Part shown: positions 17,413 to 26,427 of the stretch, in pieces | Layout of the letters: every line of letters begins with the position of its first letter | Numbering within the stretch: position 1 is the first letter of the stretch | Assembly: GCA_023379025.1 (NCBI GenBank) | Contig: JAMCTH010000003.1 | Span: 169,259 to 233,258, forward strand | From: Patescibacteria group bacterium | GTDB lineage: Bacteria; Patescibacteriota; Microgenomatia; UBA10105; UBA927 | Length of the DNA stretch: 64,000 bases | Reading direction: 5' to 3' | Notes under the pieces: generated by a model | Databases searched by the model: none | Told to the model about the DNA's origin: nothing | What the model saw: only the letters and a program-made list of their open reading frames with translations | Translations under genes and position numbers: made by a program

Positions 17413-18939
17413 CCCTGTGCTTTCGCGCGGACGGTATTGGAGGGCTTCCGCAATATGAGGCAGCGCGATTGTTTCCGACCCCGTAAGATCGGCGATGGTT
17501 CTGCCCACCTTTATCACACGATAATAGGTACGCGCGGAAAGTCCGAGCCGTGTTACGGCCTGACGGAGAAACGAAAGGACTTCAGCCGACAGGGGGCATA
17601 ATTCTTTGACCATCCGGGAAGACATTTCTCCGTTTGAGGTAAGACCTGTGCCGGAGAGTCGCTCCAGCTGACGGTTCCTGGCTTTTTGCACCCTTCTGTG
17701 AACGGAGGAAGACGATTCTGCCTGCTCTCCCGGACTCACGAGCTTTTCGACCCGCACCGAGGGAACCTGCACATGGAGATCAATCCGGTCAATGATGGGA
17801 CCGGAAATCCTGCGCTGGTAGCGAAGTACGGTTCCCGGCAAACAGGTACACCGCTTGATATCCGACCCGTAGTTTCCGCACGGACAGGGATTGGAAGCAC
17901 CGATCAGGAGGAACTTAGCCGGATACCGGACCGTCCCAGCTGCACGCGATATGCTGACAACGCCGTCTTCCATGGGCTGCCGGAGTGCTTCCAGGACATG
18001 TCTCGGAAATTCCGGAAATTCGTCGAGGAACAGGACGCCGCGGTGGGCCAGGGATATTTCGCCCGGCATGGGATGCGTTCCTCCGCCGATGAGGCCGATA
18101 CGCGATGTGGTATGGTGCGGCGCACGGAAGGGGCGGTATTTGATAAGGGATTCGCCGGAGGGCAGATTGCCCGTGACGGAATATATTTTGGTCACTTCAA
18201 TCGCTTCCTCCTCCGTCAGTACAGGCAGAATCGAGGGGAGCGCACGGGCCAGCATGGTTTTCCCGGCACCCGGAGGACCGCTCAAAAAAATATTGTGTGT
18301 CCCTGCTGCCGCAATCTCAAGCGCCCGCTTCGTCTGTTCCTGCCCGTGAATTTCCGCCATATCAAAATCCGAAAGCGCCGGACCGGGAATGCTCTGAAAT
18401 GGCGTGTGCGCTATGGGTGTCAGAACCGAAATCTCCATAAGATGGTGGAACAATGCCAAAAGAGACGGCACCGGGATGACTCCTATCCCGTCTATGACGG
18501 ACGCTTCACCGGCATCAACGGACGGAAGATAGACGGACTTGATCCGTGACTGCCGGGCAAGGAGTGCCACGGGAAGGATGCCGTTGGTATGGCGGAGGCT
18601 CCCGTCAAGCGACATCTCCCCGAGAAAAAAACTTTCCGTCTTCGGCGCAATAATCTGCCCGGAAGCAATGAGAATACCCAATGCAATCGGCAGATCATAT
18701 GCCGGGCCGATTTTCGGAAGGTCAGCCGGCGCGAGGTTCACCGTAATGCGTTTCGGCGGAAAATCAGCACCGCTGTTTTTGATGGCGGCCCGGACCCGCT
18801 CCCTGCTCTCCTCAATGGCTTTATCCGGCAGACCGACGACCGTAAACGACGGCAGTCCCTGGGAGGCGATATCCACCTCGACCGTCACCGGCACGGCCTC
18901 AAGTCCCACGACGGCACCGGAGAGCACTTTTGCGAGCAT
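17395..18939 (-). CDS. comM: YifB/ComM Mg-chelatase-like AAA ATPase
   Basis: VGLPDKAIEESRERV, ITVNLAPAD, GPPGAGKT, FRAPHH, LFLDEFPEF and NPCPCG. Confidence 0.93.
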   Translation of the reverse strand: MLAKVLSGAVVGLEAVPVTVEVDIASQGLPSFTVVGLPDKAIEESRERVRAAIKNSGADFPPKRITVNLAPADLPKIGPAYDLPIALGILIASGQIIAPKTESFFLGEMSLDGSLRHTNGILPVALLARQSRIKSVYLPSVDAGEASVIDGIGVIPVPSLLALFHHLMEISVLTPIAHTPFQSIPGPALSDFDMAEIHGQEQTKRALEIAAAGTHNIFLSGPPGAGKTMLARALPSILPVLTEEEAIEVTKIYSVTGNLPSGESLIKYRPFRAPHHTTSRIGLIGGGTHPMPGEISLAHRGVLFLDEFPEFPRHVLEALRQPMEDGVVSISRAAGTVRYPAKFLLIGASNPCPCGNYGSDIKRCTCLPGTVLRYQRRISGPIIDRIDLHVQVPSVRVEKLVSPGEQAESSSSVHRRVQKARNRQLERLSGTGLTSNGEMSSRMVKELCPLSAEVLSFLRQAVTRLGLSARTYYRVIKVGRTIADLTGSETIALPHIAEALQYRPRESTGSAAFG

Positions 18940-19054
18940 ATAGGAACAGCGTACCCCAAACCCGGCCGGAAAAACTATATAAAATCTCACAAATCCTGTG
19001 CTGCCGGGTGTCTAAACTGACCGATAGTACCTGGATGTATGAAGGGTTTTGCGG

Positions 19055-19060
19055 TATAAT
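19055..19060 (+). promoter_or_regulatory. -10 box of rnpB
   Basis: TATAAT 6 nt before the P1 helix. Confidence 0.7.
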
Positions 19061-19066
19061 ACGCCG

Positions 19067-19535
19067 GCACATTGATACCCGGATTCCCGCTCCGCCATCA
19101 GGCGGAGAGGAAAGTCCAGACAGCGGAATGCAGGGGACGGGGCGCAAGCCCCGACTCCCTCTTTCTCCCAAGAACGAGGGGGATGGTGATCCGATCCCGA
19201 AAGGGAAAAGAGACGATGCCTGAACCAAACAGGCTGAGAGAGTCACAGAGACGAGTTCTCTTCTGGAGCTTAAGACTCATCATAGCAATTGAATGATCAG
19301 TCTCCAGTATGGAGAGAGAGTGAAACGTTCACAATCCCACCTGCTGCAACCGGCGAACTGCTCGCAACTACCACGCACTCGGGAATTCGTGTACCCACCG
19401 GTACCGGATGCGAGCAAAAGCATACGGGCATCCCGACACCGGTCGGGATATGCCAAGTCTGACTTGGCATAAGAGAAATGGGAATCTCCGCCAGCCGGCG
19501 GAAAACAGAATCTGGCTTACGAGGCATCAGTGTGC
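19067..19535 (+). ncRNA. rnpB: RNase P RNA (~470 nt)
   Basis: GAGGAAAGTCC at 19107 and ACAGAATCTGGCTTA at 19505 (P4). P2 is GATTCCC/GGGAATC. P1 is GCACATTGATACC/GGCATCAGTGTGC. Also contains ACAGAGAC and GTGAAACG. Confidence 0.93.
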
Positions 19536-19551
19536 ACAAATAAATCTCCGG

Positions 19552-20529
19552 TCACCGGGGATTTTTTTGTTGGAGAAGGAGCTGCTTAAGGACGATTTGA
19601 AACACGAGGACGAGCGGAATTGCGAGTATCGCTCCGGCCACTCCCCCCAGGCGCCCTCCGACCAGAAGCGCCATAATGGTCCAGAGCGGCGAAAGCCCGA
19701 CGCTCCGCTTCATGACGATCGGCACGATGAGGTTATTTTCTGCCTGCTGGATGATGAAATACAGCGCGACGACGCTTAAGGCAAGAAGCGGTGACGTCGC
19801 AAGCGCCACAAGAATTGCAGGAACCGCGGAGAGCACCGGCCCGATCATGGGGACTGCCTCCAAAAGCCCGGCGAGGATGGCAAGCGGCAGCGCAAAATCC
19901 ACATGAAGAAGCGTCAGCCCCACAAAAGACAGGACGCCGATAACCGTCATCAGGAACACTTCTCCACCGACCCATGCCCCGAGCCGTTCTTCCACCTCGC
20001 GAAGTACCTGACTGAATTTTGCCGTAGATTCCCCGCCGACGATGCTGACGAGAAATCCGTCCGTTTTTTTGCGCTCGAGAAGAAAATAAAACGTAAACAT
20101 AAGGATCGTAAGAAGAGCGAGGATATTGGAGAATATGCCGACCGTCAGACGGACGAGATTCTCCCCGATCGGCGTGATTTGCTGGGTAAGCGACTGGATA
20201 TCAATACTCCAGTTGGGAGACAACCGGGACACATAATACGGGAGACTCTGCAGGAATCGGGAAAACTGACCGATCAGGACGGGGACGACGCTCGCGAAGG
20301 AATAGCTGATGCCGCCGAGAACCACGGCGTAAATAAGGAGGATGGCGAGTGGCCTCGGAATCCTCCAGCCTTCTATGCGGTCAACCAGCGGCCTGAGCGC
20401 GGACATAAGGACAAAGGAAATAAAGAGGAGGAACAGGATATCCTTTATCTGGAGCACGAGCCAGATCCCCGCAAGAAGCAGGACTGTAAAGATAATCGTC
20501 CGATGCGATATTTCGATCTTTGAAGTCAT
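19552..20529 (-). CDS. AI-2E family transporter
   Basis: Polytopic protein with VPMIGP, QQAENNLIVPIVM and GAILAIP. Confidence 0.9.
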   Translation of the reverse strand: MTSKIEISHRTIIFTVLLLAGIWLVLQIKDILFLLFISFVLMSALRPLVDRIEGWRIPRPLAILLIYAVVLGGISYSFASVVPVLIGQFSRFLQSLPYYVSRLSPNWSIDIQSLTQQITPIGENLVRLTVGIFSNILALLTILMFTFYFLLERKKTDGFLVSIVGGESTAKFSQVLREVEERLGAWVGGEVFLMTVIGVLSFVGLTLLHVDFALPLAILAGLLEAVPMIGPVLSAVPAILVALATSPLLALSVVALYFIIQQAENNLIVPIVMKRSVGLSPLWTIMALLVGGRLGGVAGAILAIPLVLVFQIVLKQLLLQQKNPR

Positions 20530-21509
20530 CTAGCGCCAGTATACCATGAACCGATCATCCGCATCACTTCTGTTGCCGCATCATTTTTTGCCATGTCGAC
20601 CCATCGGATCCCCGGCACGCGGGCAAACCAGGTCCGCTGGCGCTGGGCGTAGCGGAACTCGGCAGAACTCCATTGTTCGATAAGTTCTTCTCTCGTACAA
20701 TTCCCGGCAAGGTATGAGCGGATCATGGATATTCCAAGCGAAGTAGATATTGGTAGCTGTGAAGCTGTGAGTAACGCCGGAAGTTTTTTCACCTCCTGGA
20801 TAGCATCTTCGAGCCGGGCAAGGACCCTCTGCCGGATACGCTCGCGCAGCAGTGTATCTTCAAGGTCTAATCCAATAGATAATACATCATACGCGGGCGG
20901 GCTCTCCGCCGCGTGATATCCGTGCCTGTTCTGCCAGCGTGCCACCTCTATAGCGCGCACTAAGCGTCTTGGATTGTGCCTATCCGACGTATTCATCGCA
21001 TCATACTTTTTCCGGTCTATGTTCACGAGCTCGGTCATAAGATGGTCGGTTGTCGCACCATGAAGCCGTCTCCGGAGCCGCATGTCCGGAGGAATGTGCA
21101 GTGTATCCAACTCGTGAAGGATTGATGTGATATAGAGGCCGGTACCCCCGACGAGGATGGGCAGTTTCCCCCGCGCAAGGATAGAGGCTATGACCGCCCT
21201 GCCCAGCACCTGATACTGTGAAGTGCTGAATATGGTCTCCGGGCGTGCAACATCATACATCCAAAGACGGAGATCATCTATTCCGTAATACCAGAGCCGC
21301 CACGGTTTTTTCCGAAACCGGACCATGACATCGCTTTTGTGTAGAATTGCATGAGCCGGCAAATCCTTACCCGTAAGGACGGACAAACCTTTGTATACCT
21401 GCCGCGAATCCGCACTGACGAGTTCACCGTTATATTGCGCGGCAATCCCGAGTGCGAGCTTCGTTTTGCCGGTCGCTGTCGGTCCGCAAAGGACGAGAAG
21501 CTTATTCAT
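20526..21509 (-). CDS. miaA: tRNA dimethylallyltransferase
   Basis: GPTATGKT, SADSRQVYKG, VGGTGLY and YAQRQRTWF. Confidence 0.94.
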   Translation of the reverse strand: MNKLLVLCGPTATGKTKLALGIAAQYNGELVSADSRQVYKGLSVLTGKDLPAHAILHKSDVMVRFRKKPWRLWYYGIDDLRLWMYDVARPETIFSTSQYQVLGRAVIASILARGKLPILVGGTGLYITSILHELDTLHIPPDMRLRRRLHGATTDHLMTELVNIDRKKYDAMNTSDRHNPRRLVRAIEVARWQNRHGYHAAESPPAYDVLSIGLDLEDTLLRERIRQRVLARLEDAIQEVKKLPALLTASQLPISTSLGISMIRSYLAGNCTREELIEQWSSAEFRYAQRQRTWFARVPGIRWVDMAKNDAATEVMRMIGSWYTGAR

Positions 21510-21517
21510 AGTCAGTG

Positions 21518-21553
21518 TCTTTACACTGATATATCGATACATCAGTGTAAAGA
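21518..21553. repeat. 13-bp inverted repeat just upstream of miaA
   Basis: TCTTTACACTGAT-N10-ATCAGTGTAAAGA. Confidence 0.8.
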
Positions 21554-21682
21554 TAAACGGGAAGAATATACATAGTGCGCTACTGATGTTCTACGGTACG
21601 CCTTGTTCGGATCCGTCGTTGTACAGTTCCCCTTGCGGCAAACAGGTCTCTCCCGGCCCGGCGGAGGCAGCCCGGAATAGGT

Positions 21683-22903
21683 TTATGGCGAGTTCCTCCG
21701 GTACGGCTTTGCGCGTGTGTAGGTCCCCTCCTCTAAATTTTTCTTATTGATCATTTCTTCCAACAGCTTCCACCTCCGCTTCTTTTCCCGGTACGGGACG
21801 TCATCTCTGTACGCTGTATGAGCCGCGGTCATCGGCCGGTCCGAATACATCGCCACATATGCTTTGGAGAATCCGGCTTTTTTGGCCAGATCAACGGTGT
21901 TTTGAAATTGTTCGTCCGTCTCTCCGCAAAAACCGACAATGATGTCCGTACCTATGGTCACGTCCGAAATGTGCGCCTTGAGTTTTGAAATCAATTTCAG
22001 ATACTCTTCCCTGGTATACCAGCGGTTCATTTTCCGAAGCACCTCATTATCGCCGGACTGAACGGGCAGATGAATATGTCTGGAAATTTTGCGGTTCCGG
22101 GCGATGACACGGATCAGGTCATCGGAAAAATCCCAGGGGTTGCTCGAGATAAAATCAAGCAGCTCAATCCCGTCAATCTTGCAGATTTCTTCCAATAGCT
22201 GAGGGAATAACGTCGGGATCCTAAACCGTCCCAGATGTTTGACATACGTAATCTTCAAATCCCCGCCATTTTGATCTTTAACTTGTAATTTTGAGTGTTG
22301 ATGTTTGAATGTTGATTTTAGAATGTCCGCTCCGTATGAATTGACATTCTGCCCGATAAGGGTGATCTGCGTATACCCCTGATGGGCCAGGGCGTGACAC
22401 TCAAGCAGTATGTCGTCAAACGGCCGGCTCACTTCCCTCCCGCGGGTAAAAGGGACGACACAGAACGTACAGAAATTATTGCAGCCATTGGAGACCGGAA
22501 CGAGCGCGCGGGATTTGTCCCCGCGGACCGGCGCATGGTCAAACCCCACTTCTTCCGTCGGCAGAAACTCATCAACAGACGGCATCTTTTTGCGGAGAAG
22601 TTCCATCATTTTGCCTGTTTTTTCCCTTGCGGCCATCCCCACCATGCATCCGGTGACGACAATTTTTACTGTTCTGCCGCTCTGTCTGGCGAGATCGAGA
22701 TTATGCACAAGCCCGTATACCCTGTCCTCTGCCATCTGGCGGATCATACACGTGTTGATCACCACATCATCCGCTTCATCCGGTGACCGCGCCTCAACAT
22801 ACCCCCTGGCCCGATAAAACGAGGCAATCCGTTCGCTATCCGCTTCGTTGGCCGCACAACCGAATGTTTGTATATAGTATGTTTTTGATCCGGAAGAACC
22901 CAT
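21683..22903 (-). CDS. miaB: MiaB-like radical SAM methylthiotransferase lacking the TRAM domain
   Basis: TFGCAANEADSE, INTC, GCNNFCTFC, HLPVQSG and DIIVGF; adjacent to miaA. Confidence 0.85.
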   Translation of the reverse strand: MGSSGSKTYYIQTFGCAANEADSERIASFYRARGYVEARSPDEADDVVINTCMIRQMAEDRVYGLVHNLDLARQSGRTVKIVVTGCMVGMAAREKTGKMMELLRKKMPSVDEFLPTEEVGFDHAPVRGDKSRALVPVSNGCNNFCTFCVVPFTRGREVSRPFDDILLECHALAHQGYTQITLIGQNVNSYGADILKSTFKHQHSKLQVKDQNGGDLKITYVKHLGRFRIPTLFPQLLEEICKIDGIELLDFISSNPWDFSDDLIRVIARNRKISRHIHLPVQSGDNEVLRKMNRWYTREEYLKLISKLKAHISDVTIGTDIIVGFCGETDEQFQNTVDLAKKAGFSKAYVAMYSDRPMTAAHTAYRDDVPYREKKRRWKLLEEMINKKNLEEGTYTRAKPYRRNSP

Positions 22904-22940
22904 ATAAACGCGTATAAAAGCCTATCCGTCCGGAGTTACA

Positions 22941-22979
22941 TCAAAAGACGCACCCGTACGGTAGGACATGATTTTTCAT
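22941..22979 (-). CDS. Putative leaderless uORF MKNHVLPYGCVF
   Basis: TACAAT-6 nt-ATG; overlaps the 5' arm of the hairpin at 22921-22965. Confidence 0.45.
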   Translation of the reverse strand: MKNHVLPYGCVF

Positions 22980-23007
22980 GGGTGTATTGTAGCAGAGCCT
23001 CAATACA

Positions 23008-23781
23008 TTATCGACGCCGGCGGTTTACCGGATGACTCCCCCTGACATACCGTTCCAGCACCCAGGCCACTCCGTCTTCCTCAACCGGCGGAGCAATGAC
23101 GTCGGCGATGGCTTTAAGCTCGGCAACGGCGTTGCCCATGGCGACTTTCAGTCCGCAGGCGGACAAAAGCGGATAGTCATTGTATCCGTCTCCGATGCCG
23201 ATGATCTCTTCCGGACGTATACGATAATACTCGGCAATTGAGATTACCGTATGGAGTTTCGTAGCCCGGGCATCCGTGACCGCAAGCCAAAGAAGACCTT
23301 CTTTGTAGGAAGGGCACTTCACAGCGGCGATATCCGATATGCCGGACAGCTTACCGATAAGCCGATCCGCTTTATCCCCGGTAATCTCCGGGACAAGCAG
23401 GGCGCAGATCTGTCTGGTCTCTGCCCTTCCGTCTGCCATATACTCATCCGATCCGACATTCACCATATAGGGAATACGAGAACTATTCAGAATATCCCGG
23501 ACATGAGCCGCTGCACTCTCCGAGAGATGAATCGATGCAATCACACGGTCTTTCAGGGGATCGTATAGATCCGTCGCGTCATTCACCGAGCAGAGATCCC
23601 TGAGTCCGAGCTCGACAATCGGTCGCCTGGCAAACGATGCGGGCCTGCTCGTCGAAGCAGAGATCCGTACAAGCGGCTGGGCTCTAGCAATGGCACGGAT
23701 GACGCCGTGACTGGGGTGTGCATCTATAGCATGGGGTATGGCTGTGCCGTCAAGGTCAAAAATGACCGCTTTGTAACGCAT
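23008..23781 (-). CDS. Cof-type HAD hydrolase
   Basis: FDLDGT, GDGYND and AMGNA motifs. Confidence 0.9.
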   Translation of the reverse strand: MRYKAVIFDLDGTAIPHAIDAHPSHGVIRAIARAQPLVRISASTSRPASFARRPIVELGLRDLCSVNDATDLYDPLKDRVIASIHLSESAAAHVRDILNSSRIPYMVNVGSDEYMADGRAETRQICALLVPEITGDKADRLIGKLSGISDIAAVKCPSYKEGLLWLAVTDARATKLHTVISIAEYYRIRPEEIIGIGDGYNDYPLLSACGLKVAMGNAVAELKAIADVIAPPVEEDGVAWVLERYVRGSHPVNRRRR

Positions 23782-23789
23782 GGGGCGCG

Positions 23790-24650
23790 TTATTCTTTGC
23801 CGACGATCACCTGGGCATCGTAGGATGCGCCGGAAGAGAGTGTAGCTGCCGCCGTTCCTATGGTGTAGCTTCCCTCAAGATCGCTTTTGAGAAGCGGAAG
23901 ATAGGATGCCTTCTCCGGTTTCACGAGAATTGCCGTTTTATCATACGTATAGGAATCCGTATTTCCGACGCCGGAAACGGTATACCCTTTGGCTTCAAGA
24001 AAACTCTTCATCTTCGAAGCGGCTCCCGGCACTCCGCCTCCGTTCAGCACCTGGAGGCTGATATCGCTGCGGACGGGGGGCGCGGGTGTAGGTGTCGGAG
24101 TCGGCGGCGCGGGTGTAGGTGTCGGAGTCGGTCGTAGCGCAATGGACGGCATCTTCGGCAATCCCCGGACGGCGCCGATCAACACCGTACCCGTAAGCGC
24201 GGCGACACCGATGACAATCACCACCCACAGAAGCATCCGCTTACCCTGCTTTCGCTCGTACATATCAAGCTCCGGCATCATGGGCTTGCGTGCCGGCTTA
24301 AAGAGCTCCTCCACGACTTCGCTCGGCCGCTCTTTTTCTTCCGCGGTTTCAGACTTATCCGGTTCGGTTTCAGGTTCTGCCGGAGGCGCTGTTTCTTCGG
24401 ATTTTGGGGCGGTCTCCCGGGCAACGGCCGGCGCGGCGATGTCCTTTTCCAGTTCCTCTATGGATTTCTCCAATTTTTTGGCCTGGTCTTCCATATCATG
24501 CAGTACTTCTTCGCCGGCGCTCCCGTCGGCCGAAACCTCTTCCACGACTTCCGTGACCACCATCGCAGGCTGCTCTTCCCGTTTCGGAGCCTCTTCCCTC
24601 TCAGCCTCGGCAGGCTTCTTTGTTCTGGCTGGTTTTTTCTTCACCGGCAT
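23790..24650 (-). CDS. LytR C-terminal domain membrane protein with an acidic N-terminus and PT linker
   Basis: TM helix, PTPTPTP linker, and VLNGGGVPGAA...VIVGKE. Confidence 0.85.
   Translation of the reverse strand: MPVKKKPARTKKPAEAEREEAPKREEQPAMVVTEVVEEVSADGSAGEEVLHDMEDQAKKLEKSIEELEKDIAAPAVARETAPKSEETAPPAEPETEPDKSETAEEKERPSEVVEELFKPARKPMMPELDMYERKQGKRMLLWVVIVIGVAALTGTVLIGAVRGLPKMPSIALRPTPTPTPAPPTPTPTPAPPVRSDISLQVLNGGGVPGAASKMKSFLEAKGYTVSGVGNTDSYTYDKTAILVKPEKASYLPLLKSDLEGSYTIGTAAATLSSGASYDAQVIVGKE
24079..24131. repeat. Perfect 26-nt tandem duplication (period 27) encoding PTPTPTPAP
   Basis: GGCGCGGGTGTAGGTGTCGGAGTCGG x2. Confidence 0.9.
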
Positions 24651-24706
24651 ATAGTTTTGTTATACCATACTGGGGCAAGTTTCACTAGTCATTCCGGGAG
24701 GCTCCG

Positions 24707-25498
24707 TCAACTGGAAGCAGACGCATATTGTCCCAGTGCAAAGCGCCATACCCTGAGCGATACGGCGATACTGACCGCGCCGATCACAAGAGACAGAACG
24801 ATACCTCCCGGCGTAAGAAACCCCATGAGGGCCTTTGCCGGAAAGGTCATCATGACGCCGACAGGCAGGACAAACGTAATGATGCTGCGGAGCGGTTCCC
24901 GATAGATATCAACCGGCAGCCTGCCCATGTTCGTCAGGTCTCGATACATCATGACCATATGATCGACCTCCGTCGTCAGTATGGCCAGGGCAAGGACGAC
25001 AATATGAAACGCCGATGCGATGACAAACGCATTGATAAGAAGCGCTATATAGAGCACCACGCCCACGGGATCGACCGCAGGGAGCGAACGGGCGACAACG
25101 ACCAGCGCCGCGACATAGGGAAGGAGCATGAAAAGATCAAGCGGATCAGCGCCGCCCGCAAGCGCCCGGAAGAGGGCGTTCATGGGTTTTGTGAGCACGA
25201 GATCAAAGTCACCGGTGACGATCAGTTGACGGAACCGGTAGACTTCACGGAACACAAGCTGTGTGACCGTATCAATGAGATTGAATGTGAGGTAAAAAAA
25301 CAGGGCCTCGGTAAGAGAATAGTGCGCTATACTCTCGGTTTTTCTGAAGAGTGCCCAGAGAAATACGCTAAAAAGTAAAAACCTGGCCATCTTTCCCACG
25401 AGGAATATCGCGGCACTCAGCCGGGACGAGAGCACCGAGATAAAGGAATGAACGGTCAGTATCTCCCAAAGCTTGAAATAGCGTTGTATCGTCCGCAT
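24707..25498 (-). CDS. ABC-2 type permease (DUF990-like)
   Basis: MRTIQRYFKLW...TGDFDLVLTKPM...YASASS; paralog of 29838-30623. Confidence 0.85.
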   Translation of the reverse strand: MRTIQRYFKLWEILTVHSFISVLSSRLSAAIFLVGKMARFLLFSVFLWALFRKTESIAHYSLTEALFFYLTFNLIDTVTQLVFREVYRFRQLIVTGDFDLVLTKPMNALFRALAGGADPLDLFMLLPYVAALVVVARSLPAVDPVGVVLYIALLINAFVIASAFHIVVLALAILTTEVDHMVMMYRDLTNMGRLPVDIYREPLRSIITFVLPVGVMMTFPAKALMGFLTPGGIVLSLVIGAVSIAVSLRVWRFALGQYASASS

Positions 25499-25503
25499 AA
25501 TGG

Positions 25504-26295
25504 TCACCGTCCCTCCGCTGTATAGACCCGCAGTCCCCGCCTCCACAGGGTGTCGGCGGCCAACCGAAATACGGCGACCCAGACAATCCCGACCAGAAAT
25601 GCCGAAGCGACTGACTGCCACGGGATAGCGCCGAGATATACCCGGAGAGGAACATAAATAAAATAGGAAAACGGCATGGCAGTGGTCAACAGATAGAGAG
25701 GTTTCGGAAGAATATCGAGAGGGAAAAGCATCCCGGCAAAAAACTCCGTGATGACGAGAGTAAGAAACCGCGGCGCCCAAACATCAGGAGTCCAAAAACC
25801 GAGAAGCGACAGAATGAGGCTGAAATGAAAAAAGAGCACCATACCAAGAAGAAGCAACAGAAACGAGGTAACAAGGATGATCGGATTTGTCTGGATAAAC
25901 ACCTCCGGCCGGAGAAGGAAGACGAGGAGCGTAATTTCGACAACCGCACATCCTGCATTAAGGAGCTTGTCTGCCGCATCCCGGCAGGCAATATACCGGA
26001 AAAACCCGAGAGGTTTGGTGAGATAGTTAGACAGGGTTCCGTCGTTTATCATCACCCCTACCTCCTGGGTTCTCGTCCCCATGACAAACGGACGCACGAA
26101 TGAAGAGAGCAATACATAGGTAAGCATCATGCCCTCACTGTATCCGAACAACGTCGTTCGGCCGGAGAAAATCGCCCACCAGAGAAAATAAGTGACCAGA
26201 AGCTGGATGTTGACCCGTACCCGCCAGAGGAAAAAGCTCAGCCGGTAGGCCATATATTCCGCCATAGTTCCTTTGATTATCTGCAAAAACTTCAT
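25504..26295 (-). CDS. ABC-2 type permease (DUF990-like)
   Basis: DGTLSNYLTKP, FPLDILP and YTAEGR; paralog of 30627-31424. Confidence 0.85.
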   Translation of the reverse strand: MKFLQIIKGTMAEYMAYRLSFFLWRVRVNIQLLVTYFLWWAIFSGRTTLFGYSEGMMLTYVLLSSFVRPFVMGTRTQEVGVMINDGTLSNYLTKPLGFFRYIACRDAADKLLNAGCAVVEITLLVFLLRPEVFIQTNPIILVTSFLLLLLGMVLFFHFSLILSLLGFWTPDVWAPRFLTLVITEFFAGMLFPLDILPKPLYLLTTAMPFSYFIYVPLRVYLGAIPWQSVASAFLVGIVWVAVFRLAADTLWRRGLRVYTAEGR

Positions 26296-26427
26296 ACCTC
26301 TTTTCCTGACGCGTCCCGGAGTTTTCTGAGACGGCAATCATCTGATACCAAGTTTAGCAAAAAATATCAATCGCCGGGGTGAATCGCTATGAGCGTCTAT
26401 CAGTCAAATAGTATACAATGAAAACAC

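Noticed and set aside
24079-24131. 26-nt direct repeat as a mobile-element end or target-site duplication
   Set aside because: It is an in-frame duplication within a Pro/Thr linker, which is an ordinary slippage expansion.
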